Assembly (NCBI RefSeq): GCF_001194135.2
Contig: NC_068997.1
Span: 50,332,321 to 50,396,320 of the forward strand
Direction of reading: 5' to 3'
Source: Octopus bimaculoides
Lineage: Eukaryota
Length of the DNA: 64,000 nucleotides
Part shown: positions 24,901-39,900 of the stretch, one piece after another
Numbering within the stretch: position 1 is the first letter of the stretch
Layout of the letters: each line of letters begins with the position of its first letter
Position numbers and translations under genes: made by a program
Notes under the pieces: model-generated
What the model saw: only the letters and a program-made list of their open reading frames with translations
The model's database searches: none
What the model was told of the DNA's origin: nothing

Positions 24901-27900
24901 TATCCAATGACTGAAGCAAGAATTTATATATATATGAAGTGCAGGCATGGCTGTGTGGTAAGAAGTTTGCTTCCCAACTGCCTGGATTCAGGTTCAATCC
25001 CATTACATAACACCTTTGGCTAGTGTCTTTTTGTATTCTAACCCCTTGTGAGAGTGAATTTGGTAGATGGAAACTGAAACGAGTTTGAATATATATTGTG
25101 TGTGTGTGTTTCACTATCTCTGTCTTGACATTGTGTGATAGTTTTGATAGTCACCATCATGTAAGCTGTGTCGTTTGTTTCCAATCTTCTATGAAAACAT
25201 GCCTGATCATAGGGAAGTATAGCCTTACTTGTAAACTGGAAGGGCATTCAGCCATAGAAGATCAGCCTCAGTAAACTCTGTCTAAACCATGCTAGCATGG
25301 AAAAGTGGCTATTAAAATGACATTTGCATGCACGTGCGCGCACACACACACAAGGACGTTTTCATCTTTGTTCTGTTCACTGCTATTTCTGCCAACTGTC
25401 ATAGATAACAGGGCCACATCTGAATCTCAAAGATATACCTGAAAGCAATCTGATAAATGTAACTTTATATCAAAAGCATTTACCTTAACTCTCCAACCCC
25501 AAATCAGTCCTGAGCAAGCAGACCTCCAGTCGAAACATTCTCTGACCATTCTTTGTGTTTTTTGGGTTTTTTTTTAATGTCTTGGACTACATTATCACCG
25601 TGATTTTAGGAAAATTTGGTTTGCTGTTTCTAGCAGGTTGGCCATGGAGGGGTTTCATCAAAATATTACATTTAAAGGATATTCTCTATGCTGAATGTCA
25701 CCTGACCAAATAACTCACTATCCGGTCAATTATGACCTGTTAGAATAATTATTGTCTTTAAGAACAATGGTATTATTTGCCAAAAAAAACCTGATCAAAC
25801 TAATTAGAAAGGTTTTTGTTTTCCAATTAACTGGAATAAACGAAACCTGTCTGAAAAGAAATGAGGTGAGCATGGGCTGTTAGATGTGTATTCTCAACAT
25901 AGAGGAGCTGAAAGTTGGGTGTGAGGGCTTTTGGGGGAAACCTTTGTAGTGTGTCAGGTGGGAAGATCATATATGATGTGTATGGAGGATAACAGATGGG
26001 TGAAGAAATGTTAAACAAATCAAGTGGAAGGAACATCATTCATTGTTTCAATGTTCACTTTTCCATTCTGACATGGGTCAGACGGAATTTGTTGAGGCAC
26101 ACTTTCAATAGCTGAATCCTCTCTCTATTTCCAAGTCAGGTAATATTTTTCACTGGTCCTTTGTACAACAAACAGCTTGGTGGTCAAACATATTTCCATT
26201 GAAAATTGACCTATATGATACTGCCCTTGGTCCTGTGATACAAGCTTTGTTTTTAAAATTATGTAAATTAAAATGTCCCACTTCATTATTTCCAAAATTA
26301 AAACAAAAACAGTGTATTTCAACAGAAATATAATGAAACAGTTAAAGTGATCAAATTAAAATCCTCCAAACACCAGCTTGATAATAACAACAAGTATCAT
26401 TTTTAATTGAAACAAAAGGGTTAAAACTAAACAGCATGTCTCTCTTTCATTTGTGACTTTTAGGAGTAATGAACCATGTTGCACCATTCTTGTGTAATGC
26501 CCAAAGTCTGGATTCAATTCAGACTGAATGGCCAGGGTTTAAGCAGTACACTTTTGATCATGGTCAAACAGCTGAGAAGTAATAGTTATGACTCAGAAAG
26601 ATGACCATTTGGTTCTACTAAATATACCTGGCTTGACTTTTAGTGAGCTTCCTTTGTAAATAAGATATTTGTAGCCTGTTCAGTGGAACTACTCTCACCC
26701 TGGTGTGTGGCTTGAAGGGAAATGACTTGAAAAAAATAGGGAGTGGAGAAAATACTTTGCGTTTTATTAAGGGTTGACTTAGAAGTACTGGGGTTGATAC
26801 ATTCAACTAAAATAGTAGTTTTCCATGATACTGTCATCTACAGTTTATTATGGTCAGATTTACTATGGCTAAATGCCCTTCCTGTTGCTAACCCTCACCC
26901 ATTTCCAAGTAAGGTAATACTTACCCATGGCCAGACATATTCTTGCAGAATAACAAATGAACAACACTGCTTGTATGACAGTGACACTCATTTACAATTG
27001 TCACATGATGTTAAGAGAAGGAGACACAAACACACAACAGGCTTTTAGATTCCACCAACCAAATCCACTCACAAAGCTCGTTCAGTTTGTGGTTGGTACT
27101 TAATTTAATCGACCCCGAAAGGATGAAAGGCAAAGTCAACCTCGGCGGAATTTGAACTCAGAACGTAACGGCAGACGAAATACCACTAATCATTTCGCCC
27201 GGTGTGCTAACCACTCTGCCAGCTCACCGCCTTCTTACTGCACAGCCATGCTTGTACCTGTGTGTGTGTGTGTATGTCATATTGTTATCCTGAAGCTGCC
27301 ATCTCTGATGCGAAATTTGACATTTCTAAGTTAAAATATCAATTCTGGAAATCTGGTTTTAGAAATAAACTGACCCACTTGATAAAGCTGGACTTGTGTC
27401 TCTGCTTTATATTCTTCCTGTCTCCTTGACTGAAGAATTTTGTTTTGAATGTTTCTGTAGTGTTGTAGGTTTTATAGTATACAGGGAGAGTTTTTCTGTT
27501 TACAAGAATTGACTCTATGACGATAGAGATTGGAGTTGCTTTTGGCTTGGCAATAATCTGGATTTGTGATTGTGTGTTGTAATCGAATCACATACATCAT
27601 ACAGGTAGCCATTCAGAAAACATTTCACACACAAACTTCACTTTCACTTTTGTTTTGTAATAGTATTCCGTGCTATAAATTGGTAAAGGGTTGTACATTT
27701 ATGACTTAGTTACTGATTCACTGATGAAGCCGTTGTGTTGCTATTAGTTATGTAGCATAAAATATTTACCCCTTAGCATCCAGATTATTCTGTCAAATGT
27801 AATGCTTATTTATTCCCATTGATTTGAATCAATCATGCGTTACCTCATACCTTTGAGATTTCAATGTTGGGATTGTCTACTTTTAGTATGACATTGTCAG

Positions 27901-30900
27901 GTAGGCATGAGAGACTGTTTGTCCAATTTAAGCATAAAACAAATACAATATTTTTTGCCAGATGTGGCCAGTTTAGATGCTAAAAAGTTTAACCCTTTTG
28001 ATGCCAACCTACCTGTGACTCCCTATTTCTGTGATATAAGTTCCCTCTTGTTCTAAAGTGATCTAAATTAAAACTTTCAAGTTTTATGCTAATTTATGTT
28101 CCAAACACCAGCTTAACGATGACAAATTTGTTATATTAAATTGCTATTTTATCAAAATTAACTGAAACGAAGGCAATGGCTGCAAAAAGGGTTTTAAACT
28201 TGTGTTATATGCAAATATGCAAGATCAGGTGGTCTAGAGACCCCCCTCCCTCCATTTCCATTATTAACTTTTACCAAATGCTTTTTCTTCTACAGGAATC
28301 CTAAAACTTGTCATTGGAGAATGTAAAGCTGGTAAATCTGTCATCCAAATTTGCAAATTTGGAGATGAATTATTGCTTGAAGAAACATCTAAAGTATTCA
28401 AGAAAGATAAAGAAATGAAAAAAGGTAAAGAATTTATTTTATTTTTAAAAAAAACAAACAAAAAAAACACTTGTTTAAACTTTTTGTAACCAACTTATCT
28501 GAAACTGCTGTTTTTCTGATACAAACTAAATTGCTTTAAATTGATCTGAGTTAAATCTTCCATCAAAATTTCATGTTTATGTTCCAAACACCAACTTAAA
28601 AACAACAAAGTTATTTTTACTAATTCATCATTATTTTCAAAATTAATTGAAACAAAAGCAGTCTATTTCGATAGAAATATAATACCAAAAGGATTCAAAT
28701 TAACGTGGACTTCTTGCTTAATAGTAGCTTGATAATGATAGTTATTTTAATTGGTCCTCCATGGTTTTCTAAATTAATTGAAAGAAAGGCGGTATATAAT
28801 CAACAGAGATTATAATCGGATTTAAGAGATGGAAATGTTGGAGATTTGATCCAGTAGTCATGCCTTCCCCAAAACAGATTTAAGGACCTGCTTTTTTCCT
28901 TCCATTGTGAAGGGTTATTTTGAAATATAAGCATGACTACAGATCACTCTAGGGCAGTGCTCCACCACCGATATGCCGTGACACTCTGGTGTGCTGCAGT
29001 GTAACCTGAATATAATCTTTCTCCCTATACTTTTAGTTATATTTTTAGTTCAGGTGTGCTGCCGAATTTTGAAAAGAATATAAGTGTACCGCAAGTGAAA
29101 AATGGTTGCGGAGCACTGCTCTAGAGTGACTGAGGTTGTGAAATCAAAGAACAGGTTACTCTATCTCAAACCACCTAACCACTGCTACATGTAAGTTTTA
29201 CCACAGTTATTACATGCTACATGGTACCCTTGCATAATCCCATGTACACACATATCCATATTGTTGATATGGCATTTGGCCAGCATACAAACATTGTTAT
29301 CATGTACAGACCGACTCCCAACCCAGGTATTTTAGTGAAGGCTCAGTGTGTTGAGTACAATTCTATAAAACTGATTTTATAATCAGTGGGCGACAGATTT
29401 AGAAAGTGGGTACCGTAGCTGGGGTGTGGACTTTCTCTGGTTTACTGCCAGCCCAGTGTCTGGTAAATGATGCTGGGTACCTGTTAACCATTATCACCAT
29501 TTCAAAGTATTTGATATTGACTGTTCTATCTCTTGCTTTGCTTTGTCTGTCTATATACAAAACTCTATTGTGTATGTAGATGACCCTGGCCCCTGGTTGG
29601 TAGGGGCTGATTTACAGTGCACAGATAGATCTCTGCTGGTGGGTTTAACTTGGTACTAATGGATCTCTTCTGATTTTGAGCCTGAAATCGACCAGATAGA
29701 TATGAAGATATGGTGTTCAACTTCAAAGCCTTGTGAGTAGATTTGATTGACAGAAAATAAAAGAAGCCCATTGTGTGTGTGTGTGTGTTCATGTCTCTGG
29801 TCTTCAATCTTCGAGACCTTTGGTGATGTTGCACCCTAATTGGAAGCAAATGTCACCATCATACAAACTGTTGTTTGCAATTATCTGTGAATGAGTTTGT
29901 AGATGATAGGAAGTTTGTTTACAGTGACAAAAACTGATTAAATTTTATTGGAAAATCCTCTCAAGTTACATTCGTCCAGTTGGTATTCGTTTTTTAGCTG
30001 GTGGGTTAGATGAAGAATTCCAATTGACTGGTTATGGTGGGAGTGATTTCATCCTAGTTGGGTATTCCATTGCTTGATGCAGAATTGTTTCCCTTTGTCT
30101 AAAGGTCCATATATGGAGGTCCTTTGTTTCTGGGTTTTGTCTGGAACCTCGAGAAGTCAGGGGCTGAGGCAGTGTGTTTCCATAAGATGTTGAAGGTGAG
30201 ATGCTCAATTCAAGAGTTCCATGTTCTATTTAGAGTTGGTTGTGAAGAGAGTGTAGTTGGTTGTCAGGGTGGTAGGTGGGCATTGTAGTTGAGGTAGAGG
30301 CTGGTTTCAGAGTTGAAACCCATTTTAATTGGTGGGTAATTTCTAGAAAGACTTAGTTTCTCTGTCCAGTGTGTTAAGTTACTGGGTGAAGATGCACTTA
30401 GGGCCACGTTTTAATAGTTGCATCATGTGTGAACAGATCCAGCCAGATCTGTGACAAGTGGTTAAGTTGCTACAATGGGTTATGTATTGTGTGGTTCTGG
30501 TAGCCATGTTAGTGTGGTTGCCCAAAACTGATTGTGATTAGAAGAATCATTGTAGTAGTGCTTATTCTTTTATTCCCAGTTATTGGTTTTCTAAACGACA
30601 TCTCTATTTTGCAACACTTCAACATAATCCTCATTTTATGTCTGCTTTCCATGCTGGTATGTGTTGTCAGTTTGAGTCTGTTCTTATCAGAAGTTACTGC
30701 TTTCAGAGATGGGCCCTGTCAGATTTGTACGTTTTGTTTTTTGGATTGATTATGTACAGCTGGATGCCTTTCCTAATGCCAACCACTCTAAAGTGTGCAC
30801 TGGGTGCATTTTATCGTTGCACTAGCACTGGACAGGGTCTCCTTCAACCCAATGCTTTCTTCACTCCTTTGCCAATCGCTTTATATAAACTATACCAACT

Positions 30901-33900
30901 GGAAGTATTAGTGTTTTGCTTCATCCAACTTCTACCTTCCTGGCATTAAAGAAACTGGGGAGAGGTAGGATTAGACTAAATTATTTTGTAATCACTGATT
31001 GCAATTGAACCAGCGTTTATATTGTTTTTAACACAAACATACTGACTAAGAAATTTTATCTTAGACGGAAACAGTAGTATTTGGCTTATCAACAGTGTAG
31101 ATACATAGATAATATATAGATAGCTATTTGACATTGTGTAGGCATGTGTGGTCTAGTGGTTAGGGTGTTGGACTTGTGATTGTAAGATCATAGTTTCAAT
31201 TCCTGGACTGGACAGCACATTGTGTTCTTGAGCAAGGCACTTCATTTCATGTTGCTCCAATCCTCTCAGCTGGTTAGAAAGTAGTCCTGCAATGGACAGG
31301 TGTCCCTGTCCAGCAGGGAATACATGCACCACAGGACCCGAGAAACTGGCCCCATAAGTCTATGACTCAGAGAAGGATCTATTTGACTTTTAATATTTCA
31401 CTATTAGCTCTTTGAGTTTGTTCTAAAACTGAGAGATGTTGGTAATAAACCCTAGAAACCAATTATGTCCCCATGAGGGATGGTTATGGCTGAAGAAATA
31501 TTTAAAAGGTTCCCTCGACATTCTCTTCTGGAATTCATGACTTCCACTACTGTAGGCCATCTTGTTTATACTCTACCAGAAGTTGAAAGTCCACCACCAC
31601 GCTACACTTGTAGCATTTTTTTAATATTATTATTTGCATTGAAAATTCATTCGAAGATTCAGTATTTCTGGCCATATCTGAAATTTCTATAACTTTTGAA
31701 AATGTTACAAAATTATGGTGGAGGAAATGTGGATTTGGGAAAAATTTTGAGAACACCAAAATATCACGTTAGGGCAATGTTAGACATTGTACAATTGTTT
31801 AGGTAACGATATCACTTTTATCTTTAATTTATGTCAGTTTTAATTTGTGAATAGATAAATCCAGATGGTGTTGGATACATTGGTAATATATCAAAACAGG
31901 TGGTTTGGGTAACAAGATTTGATCCACAATCAACTTGTTTGTGTTTTTACCAAATTCCCAACAAAAGCAGTTATTGAATTTGTTTCTTGTATCTGTGGAA
32001 ATGGTTGTAAATCAAGGAATATTGAGAACAAATGATTGATCTATTTGATACCAACTCACCCAAGTTACTACAAACTTCCATTGTTTTACATTATCTAAAT
32101 TAAAACTTTCCTCTGTCAAAATTTCATCCAAACAGCAGCAGTTTGATTATCCTTTCCGTTATAGGCACAAGATCTGAAATTTGGCGGGAAAGGGGCCAGT
32201 CGTTTACATTGACCCTGAATGAATGAAAGGCAAAGTTGACTTCAGCAGAATTTGAAGTCGGATGCCTCTAAGCTTTTTGTCTAGGGTGCTAACCATTCTG
32301 CCAGGGCACTACCTTACATCAGTTCAAATATGGCAGTTATTTTACTAAATATTTCAGATTTTCAAAATTAATTGAAACAAAGTGTTTTCAGAAATACGAT
32401 AGAAGGGTTAAAGTATCTCACGTTGGTTGTGATGGTACACGTACTATACTAGCCATTGTCTTGGTGGTAGTTGTGGCTGTGTATTCACTAAACCACATTA
32501 AGTAACCTAGCTGCGCTTTGTGAGTCAGTTGTCTGGGTCTTGTAGGGTGTCCACTTTGCATAGCTCTGGTTGAGATTGTAGTTACTGGTGCAGCAAATGG
32601 GGAAGGACAGCCTACATTCCATCACTGAAGCTGTGGGGATGGTCACTAGATGGCTTCAGATAAATGTGGTTCTCTGTTGTTGAGGAACAAGTTGATATTT
32701 GGTCAAGCTTAACTGGGTAAAGGTGGAGGAGGTCTGATGTCGAAAGATTCAGAGCCGTCTAAGTCTCCAGAAACGTCACTGATAATGCATCTCGGATCAT
32801 CTCTGAGATACGTCTTCAAACTAACTAAACCATGTTTTTTCATTTTCATCTTTTTCCAGTATGTTACTCATAATCTATCAACCATATCTGTTGCTATAAA
32901 TGCAATTTAGATACTAAACATCTGATCAGTTTGAGATAATGGGATGGGGTCCTTTACACGGGCATCTTTCTGGATATCACACTTCTACCAGTTTGATACT
33001 GCTTTTGGTTTAATGGATTTTGAAAATAACAAAAAAATTAGTGAAATAACTTAATCGTTATTTAAATGATTTTATCGTTATTAAGCTGGTGTTTGGAACA
33101 TAAATTAACACAAAATTTTTGTAGAAGGTTTTTAATTGAGATTAACCCTTTTGTTGCTATATTTTTGTTAAAATGCACTTCCTTTGTTTCAATTAATTTT
33201 AATAACAAAGCTTTTGTTGAAATAACTTGGTTGGTATTAATTAAGCTGGGGTTTATAACAAACAAATTAATATGAAGTTTCCATTGATGGTTTTAATTTA
33301 GATTACTTTAAATTACTTTAGATTACTTTTACTACACTCTCGGAGTGGTTGGCATTAGGAAGGGCATCCAGCTGTAGAAACTGTGCCAAACCAGATTGAA
33401 GCCTGGTGTAGCCATCTGGTTTCACCAGTCCTCAGTCAAATCGTCTGACTCATGCCAGCATGGAAAGCGGATATTAAATGATGATGATGATTAAACCAGG
33501 AAGGTTGTATCATACAACCAGGGATGATCTCTGGGTGGATAAGGCCATGACTTACTCTTCAGTCATTTGGTGACTGAGGGGTCATAACTAACTGTCCAGC
33601 CAATCTTTTCAGGATCTCTTGATATTTATTGTTGCCTTGTGTTAATCTAAACATGATTCTTGTAATCACTGATTTCCTATCATTCAGTGCAGACTGGATG
33701 TTGGTGCTGTACTTATTGTGTGTGTGGTGTTTTGATTTGAGTCTGCTCATATCCAGATCAAAGCTTCTAGTTACTGTTAATATAGTGACTTCAGAGAAAT
33801 GGCAGATGCGAGCAGTTGCTAGAAAATAGTTGTAGAGATCAAATTCATATTTTATTTTAATTTTAACCTTTTGGCATTCAAACTGGCCATATCTGACCCA

Positions 33901-36900
33901 GTTATTCTTCCTGTTTTATATTTAAACTGACCTGGTTTAGCCTCTCACATCTGCCATACAATGACATTCTAAATATAAACAATCACATCATTCAAATCTT
34001 GAAGCTACAAGATCATGTATATGATCAATTCAAAATAATGTGAATAAGAAAAGCATTTCTTTTTTGAGAGTGTAATCTGAATGCTAAAGGGTTAGACACA
34101 GTGCAGACATGATTATGTGGTTAAAAAGCAAGCTCATTTTGCAATCATCAGGTTTCTGGTTCAATCGCAGTACATGGACACCTTGGGCAAGTGTCTTCTA
34201 CTATAGCCTTGGGCCAATGAATGCCTCGTGAGTGAATTTGGCAAACGGAATCTAAGGAAAACTTTCGTTCATTTTGTAACCAGTGTTGATTTGTAAGTCA
34301 CCATAACTTAGCATTTCTGTAGAAGGGATTGATAGAATAAATACTATACTTAAATTCAAATTACGATGAATGTAAACAAACAAACGAAGTTTGCTTTTAG
34401 AAACGTTGAGATGTCTTAGAAAGTTAAAGAAGTGATTTTAAATTCTCAAATGCAGGATAATGCTAATAATATAGCCTGAACAGGATAAACTGCCCCTACT
34501 TTGCCGAAAAAAGGGTTGGCAGCCAGCTATGAGACTTAAGAACTGTCATCTGTGATTCTTAAGAACTGAGATTCATTGATTCACCTAAACCAGTGGTTTC
34601 CAAAGTGAGTGGTGTTGCCCCCTTGGGGAGGGGTGGAAGTTCCAAGGGGGCATTGAAGAAAAGTGGAGTGATAATGGGGGTAGTGATTTATGTAAAAGCA
34701 ACAAAATAATGGGTTCATTAATTTAATTTTTATTTGTGAAATGCAGTTGCTTTGAATTTGCTTCAGAAAGAGGTCTATGCTTGGGATGGTTAGTTGGGGT
34801 GAGGGTGCTAGGAATGTGACCTGGTTGGAAAAGTTTGGGAACCCCTGACCTAAACCCTTCAAGGCAGTGCTGCAGCATGGCCCTAATACAACGACTGAAA
34901 TAAGTAAAAAGTAAAAGATGGTCAAAGGAAGTCTGAATCTCTTTTAATTAAAACAATTTTCCATTCATCTTGGAAGCTCTCAGCTCTTTTTTATTTGGTA
35001 ACCATTTCATCTTTGTTATTCGTTTCCTTTAGTTTTCATTTTCAAGAATGATTTTACAGATGAAGGTTTTTTACTTTGTGATCTTTGCAATAAAAAATTC
35101 TGTTTCATTTTTCAGGTTTGGCATTTCCTACTTGCATATCCGTCAACAACTGTGTGTGTCATNNNNNNNNNNNNNNNNNNNNNNNNNNNNNNNNNNNNNN
35201 NNNNNNNNNNNNNNNNNNNNNNNNNNNNNNNNNNNNNNNNNNNNNNNNNNNNNNNNNNNNNNNNNNNNNNNNNNNNNNNNNNNNNNNNNNNNNNNNNNNN
35301 NNNNNNNNNNNNNNNNNNNNNNNNNNNNNNNNNNNNNNNNNNNNNNNNNNNNNNNNNNNNNNNNNNNNNNNNNNNNNNNNNNNNNNNNNNNNNNNNNNNN
35401 NNNNNNNNNNNNNNNNNNNNNNNNNNNNNNNNNNNNNNNNNNNNNNNNNNNNNNNNNNNNNNNNNNNTAAACTTATCTGTTTTTCAAAAAAGAGATCTTT
35501 TATTCCACATTGGAAGTATGGAACCAGTGGATGATTTTTTGTGGGCAGGAGAAACAACAAAGTTCACTGCTTTTTCATGTGAAGCATTTAGGATGTAAAC
35601 ATTTGCACAGACACATAGAGGCACTGGCGTAGCTGTGTGGTTAAGAAGCTTGCTTCCCAACCATGTGGGTTTGGGTTCAGTGCCTGGTGCAGCACCTTGG
35701 GCAAATATCTTTTACTATAGTCCCAGGTCAACCAAAGCCTAATTGAAAAGGATTCAGTGTGTGTATCCTTGTGAAGGCATCACATAATGGCTGTGAGTGA
35801 GTATTACTGCCATCCAAGTGAAGTTTCCAGTCTTCTGTAAAGACATGGCTTAGCTATGGGGAAATATTACTTTGCCTGAAAACAGGTGAGCTTTGGGAGC
35901 TGGAAGGGCATCTGGCTGTAGAAAATCTGCAACAAATTCTGTCTGGCCTTTGCAAGCGTACAAAACTGAACATTAAAACGATGTTCAGATGGGCTTTGTA
36001 CAGTTTCCAGCTATCAAATCCACTCACAGGGCTTTGTACAGTTTGGAGCTATAGTAGGAGATACTTGTTCAAGGTGCCACACAATGGGACTGAGCCTGGA
36101 ACCATGTGGTTGAGAAGTGAACTTCTCAACCACATGACCATTCCTACTCAGACAACCATTAAAAATTTTATTGTAGTCATTTGATTTGTCAAACTGAAAA
36201 TATTTACTACATAGCCACAATTTATCGCCTGTGGAATTTACCTAGGGTTGTACTGTATTTTTTGTAGAGCATGATCATTATCCACCTTTTCCTTTCAGCC
36301 ATAACCATTTCATTGGGAGTGTGAAATGGAGATTTAACTGCCATTTCTAGCAGGTTGAATAACCATACAAAGGCTCTCATTGGCTTGGGCAGGTATTTGT
36401 AGAGGAAATGGTTGTAGAGTCAGGTTGTTCCTGTTTCACTAGTTGCTGTTTAGTCTCAGGTTGTGCTTCATGGAATGGACAGGCTTAGGGTCAAAGGCCA
36501 AGACCATACCATTTCTATCTTCCGGAAATGTGTACCTTGAACAACATTGTTCAATGTATGCTTCTTATAAAGCAGTGTGGTGTAGTAATTTGAGAGATTT
36601 GGCTACTACATCTAGCAAGTCAATGTGTTTGTGCTATCTTGAAATTGTGTGCTGATTATAAACAGACGCCACTGTCATACAAATGGTGTACAGCCATTAT
36701 GTTGTTGGTGTTGGAAGGACTAGAGGGGAAGCTATAACCTTGCTTAGAAACAGACGACGGTTGGCATTGGAAGAGCATCTGGCCATAGAATATCTGCCTG
36801 GGGCTAAATTACAACGACACTCGTCCTAAACCAGGACTGCCATGTTATGTTGGCAAACAATCTTTACTCCAAAGTACTGTTGCTTAATATATCTCGTGAG

Positions 36901-39900
36901 ATTTACAAATAGTAATTTCCCAGTGCTAATTCTGTTTGCTGTGTTCCGACCCTGTAGCAGGTGAATACCTCAGCTTGTTCTTTACAGTTCAGATAGTGTT
37001 TAGGAAGTGGGGTTAGTAGTATTTCAAAGGACTAAGACTAAACTTCTAAACTAGGGGCCTACACAGCTGTGGGGGGTTAAAAAGTTCACTTTGCAACTGC
37101 ATGGCTGTGCTGGCATCGAGTGCAGAAGTGTTCCCATTGTGTGGCACCTTGGGTAAGTGCCTTTGGTTATAACTCAGGGTTGAACAGTGCCTTGGGTAGC
37201 TGGAAACTGCAGGAAGCTTGTATGTGTGTATGTGAATGTTGATTATTCCATGCTTGTCACCACTTCATTTAAGTGGTGACAATGTTGATATAAGTTACAC
37301 CTAGAATATAAAATCTCTTGTGTGACAGGAAGAGCATCCAGCTGTAAAATCCTGCCTCAAATAATTCTCCATCTAACCTGAGCTAGCATGAAAAAAAAAA
37401 TTAATGAATATAATCACTTCTTTAAAACCTTGTCTTCTAGTTTTTAGAGCCATATCCATATCTGACCATAATAAAAGTACATCAATGCTGCTGGTCGTTG
37501 AATGGTGAGGTTAAATAATGATTTTAACCCTTTAGCATTCAGATTACTTCATCAAATGTAATGCTTGTTTATATACAGTTTTCAATTAATTCTGCATTAT
37601 CTTGTAACTTTGAGATTTCGATGATGTGATTGTTAATTTTTGCAATGACATTGTAGGGAGATGTTTGAGGCCAGATAGGGTTGGTTTAAATGCTAAAGGG
37701 TTAAATTTCTCTGGTTGGTGGAATTTTTGAAATCTATTACATTGGTTTTTTTTTTCTTCTCTCTACAGTGATTTAGGTGCCCACGTTGATGGTTTCATTG
37801 CAGTGGTTGCACATACTCTGGTTATTGGATCTTCTGTTGTGAGTACATTTTCATGATGATGCTGTCATTGTTATTGCTGTGTATGGATGTGTGACAAATC
37901 TAGCCACAGTATAACCGTATTTTAACATATATAAGGAACCCCCTAATTTTGGGGGGGCTTAACATTTGGAAAATAGGTTTTCTAAGGGATTATAATACTG
38001 TCCATGTATAGGAAACTCCCATATTTTTTTAACATAATGTTTGAATGCCATCATTTCATTCATTAATCATTAAACAACTACAATCACTAGTGTTTTTAAA
38101 ACAGGCAAAACTAAAACGAAGTATAACTGATTAAATTAATTACAGTCGGTGGGGGTGATTGAAGAGATAGTGATGATGATGGAGATTATGATAATGTTAA
38201 AGGTTAATTTTATTTAAATTTTTTTATCTTCCTTTTTGTTCAGGAAAAGAAAGTGAAGGGCCGAAAAGCAGATGTTTGTCTTGCCGCCCACTTGGCCAGT
38301 GAAGCTGCACTCCGCCTTGTAAAACCTGGAAATATTGTAAGTAGTTTTTTTTTTTATTATTATTACATATATGTGGAGGCGCAATGGCCCAGTGGTTAGG
38401 GCAGCGGACCCGCGGTCATAGGATCGCGGTTTCGATTCCCAGACCGGGCATTGTGAGTGTTTATTGAGCGAAAACACCTAAAGCTCCACGAGGCCCCAGC
38501 AGAGGATGGTGACGAACCCTGCTGTACTCTTTCACCACAACTTTCTCTCACTCTTACTTCCTGTTTCTCTTGTGCCTGTAATTCAAAGGGTCAGCCTTGT
38601 CACTCTGTGTCACGCTGAATATCCCCGAGAACTACGTTAAGGGTACACGTGTCTGTGGAGTGCTCAGCCACTTGCACGTTAATTTCACGAGCAGGCTGTT
38701 CCGTTGATCGGATCAACTGAAACCCTCAACGTCGTGAGCGACGGAGTGCCAACACATTAACTTGTCTACCAAAATCACTGACAAGGTATTGATTGGTCCA
38801 TGTCACTTGCCCAATCTACCATTGTCTGGAGCTGAACCTAAAACCATTTGGCCATGCCTGCATCAATGTAAGAGATTCTATAATCTCTGCTATACGTTTG
38901 GTATTTATTTGTATTTCCTCTTTTATGTTGTAGAATTATACTGTCACTGATGCCATCCAGAAGGTAGCTGAATCTTTCAAGTGTAAACCTGTTGAAGGTA
39001 AATATTTTGTTGATTTTTGACACTTTATCAGTCTTTCACTTTCCTATGTCTGTAGGGGTCAGCTGGGGGAGCCTCGATGCTGTTGCTGGATCTGCTAGAT
39101 ATAAGAGCTGGAGTTCCTCAAATTGCACCTGTCTGGCTTGAAAGGGAAGGTACTTATTGGACAATGTAGCTATAGGTTTAAAAATAGAGCAGAGACTCGT
39201 GTAGCCTTGGCTGTTGCACTCACAACCAGAAGATTGTGGTTTCAATTCCTGGACTTGGGTGGTGCATTGTGTTCTTGAGCCAGACACTTCATTTCACATT
39301 GCTGCAGTCCACTCAGCTGTAAAGAAGTAACCCAGCAATGGACTGGCATCTCATCCAGGGGGGAAATGTTGTGATCTCATCCACTTATATGCCGTGGAAA
39401 TCAGATAACCAGCCCTGTGTGTGTTGGGACTCAAGGCAGTAATATCCAGGTGTTCAGTCACAATGCAGGTGTATGTTAATCAGTGCTGATATGGGATTAA
39501 CAACAATTAATTGGTTTCATCAGGGAAAAACGGCAATATTTTAAACTGTTTATATGTTGATACTTCCACTGTATCCTTTTGTAGAATGGTGCTAATATCC
39601 TGAAATCTGCATTAGCGATGCAGTTTCAAATCCCCCATTTAGTTATTCAATTCATTTGGTCTTCTGACTTTGCTCATGGCTTGAAGTGGTAGATATCCCT
39701 CACGTATATTTTGTCATATTTTTTTGGAGAACCAGTTTTTTTTTTTCGGTGATTGGACAATAGTTCAGGTCGTGTGTGTGTGTAGTGATTGATATATTAG
39801 GGATGTCCATCATTACTCTTTACTCTTTTACTTGTTTCAATCATTTTGACTGTGGCCATGCTGGAGCACTGCCTTTAGTCGAGCACAAATCGACCCCAGG

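Noticed and set aside
38377-38450. tRNA-like sequence with A and B boxes
   Set aside because: It is the head of SINE family D: no acceptor-stem pairing, and it continues into the SINE body
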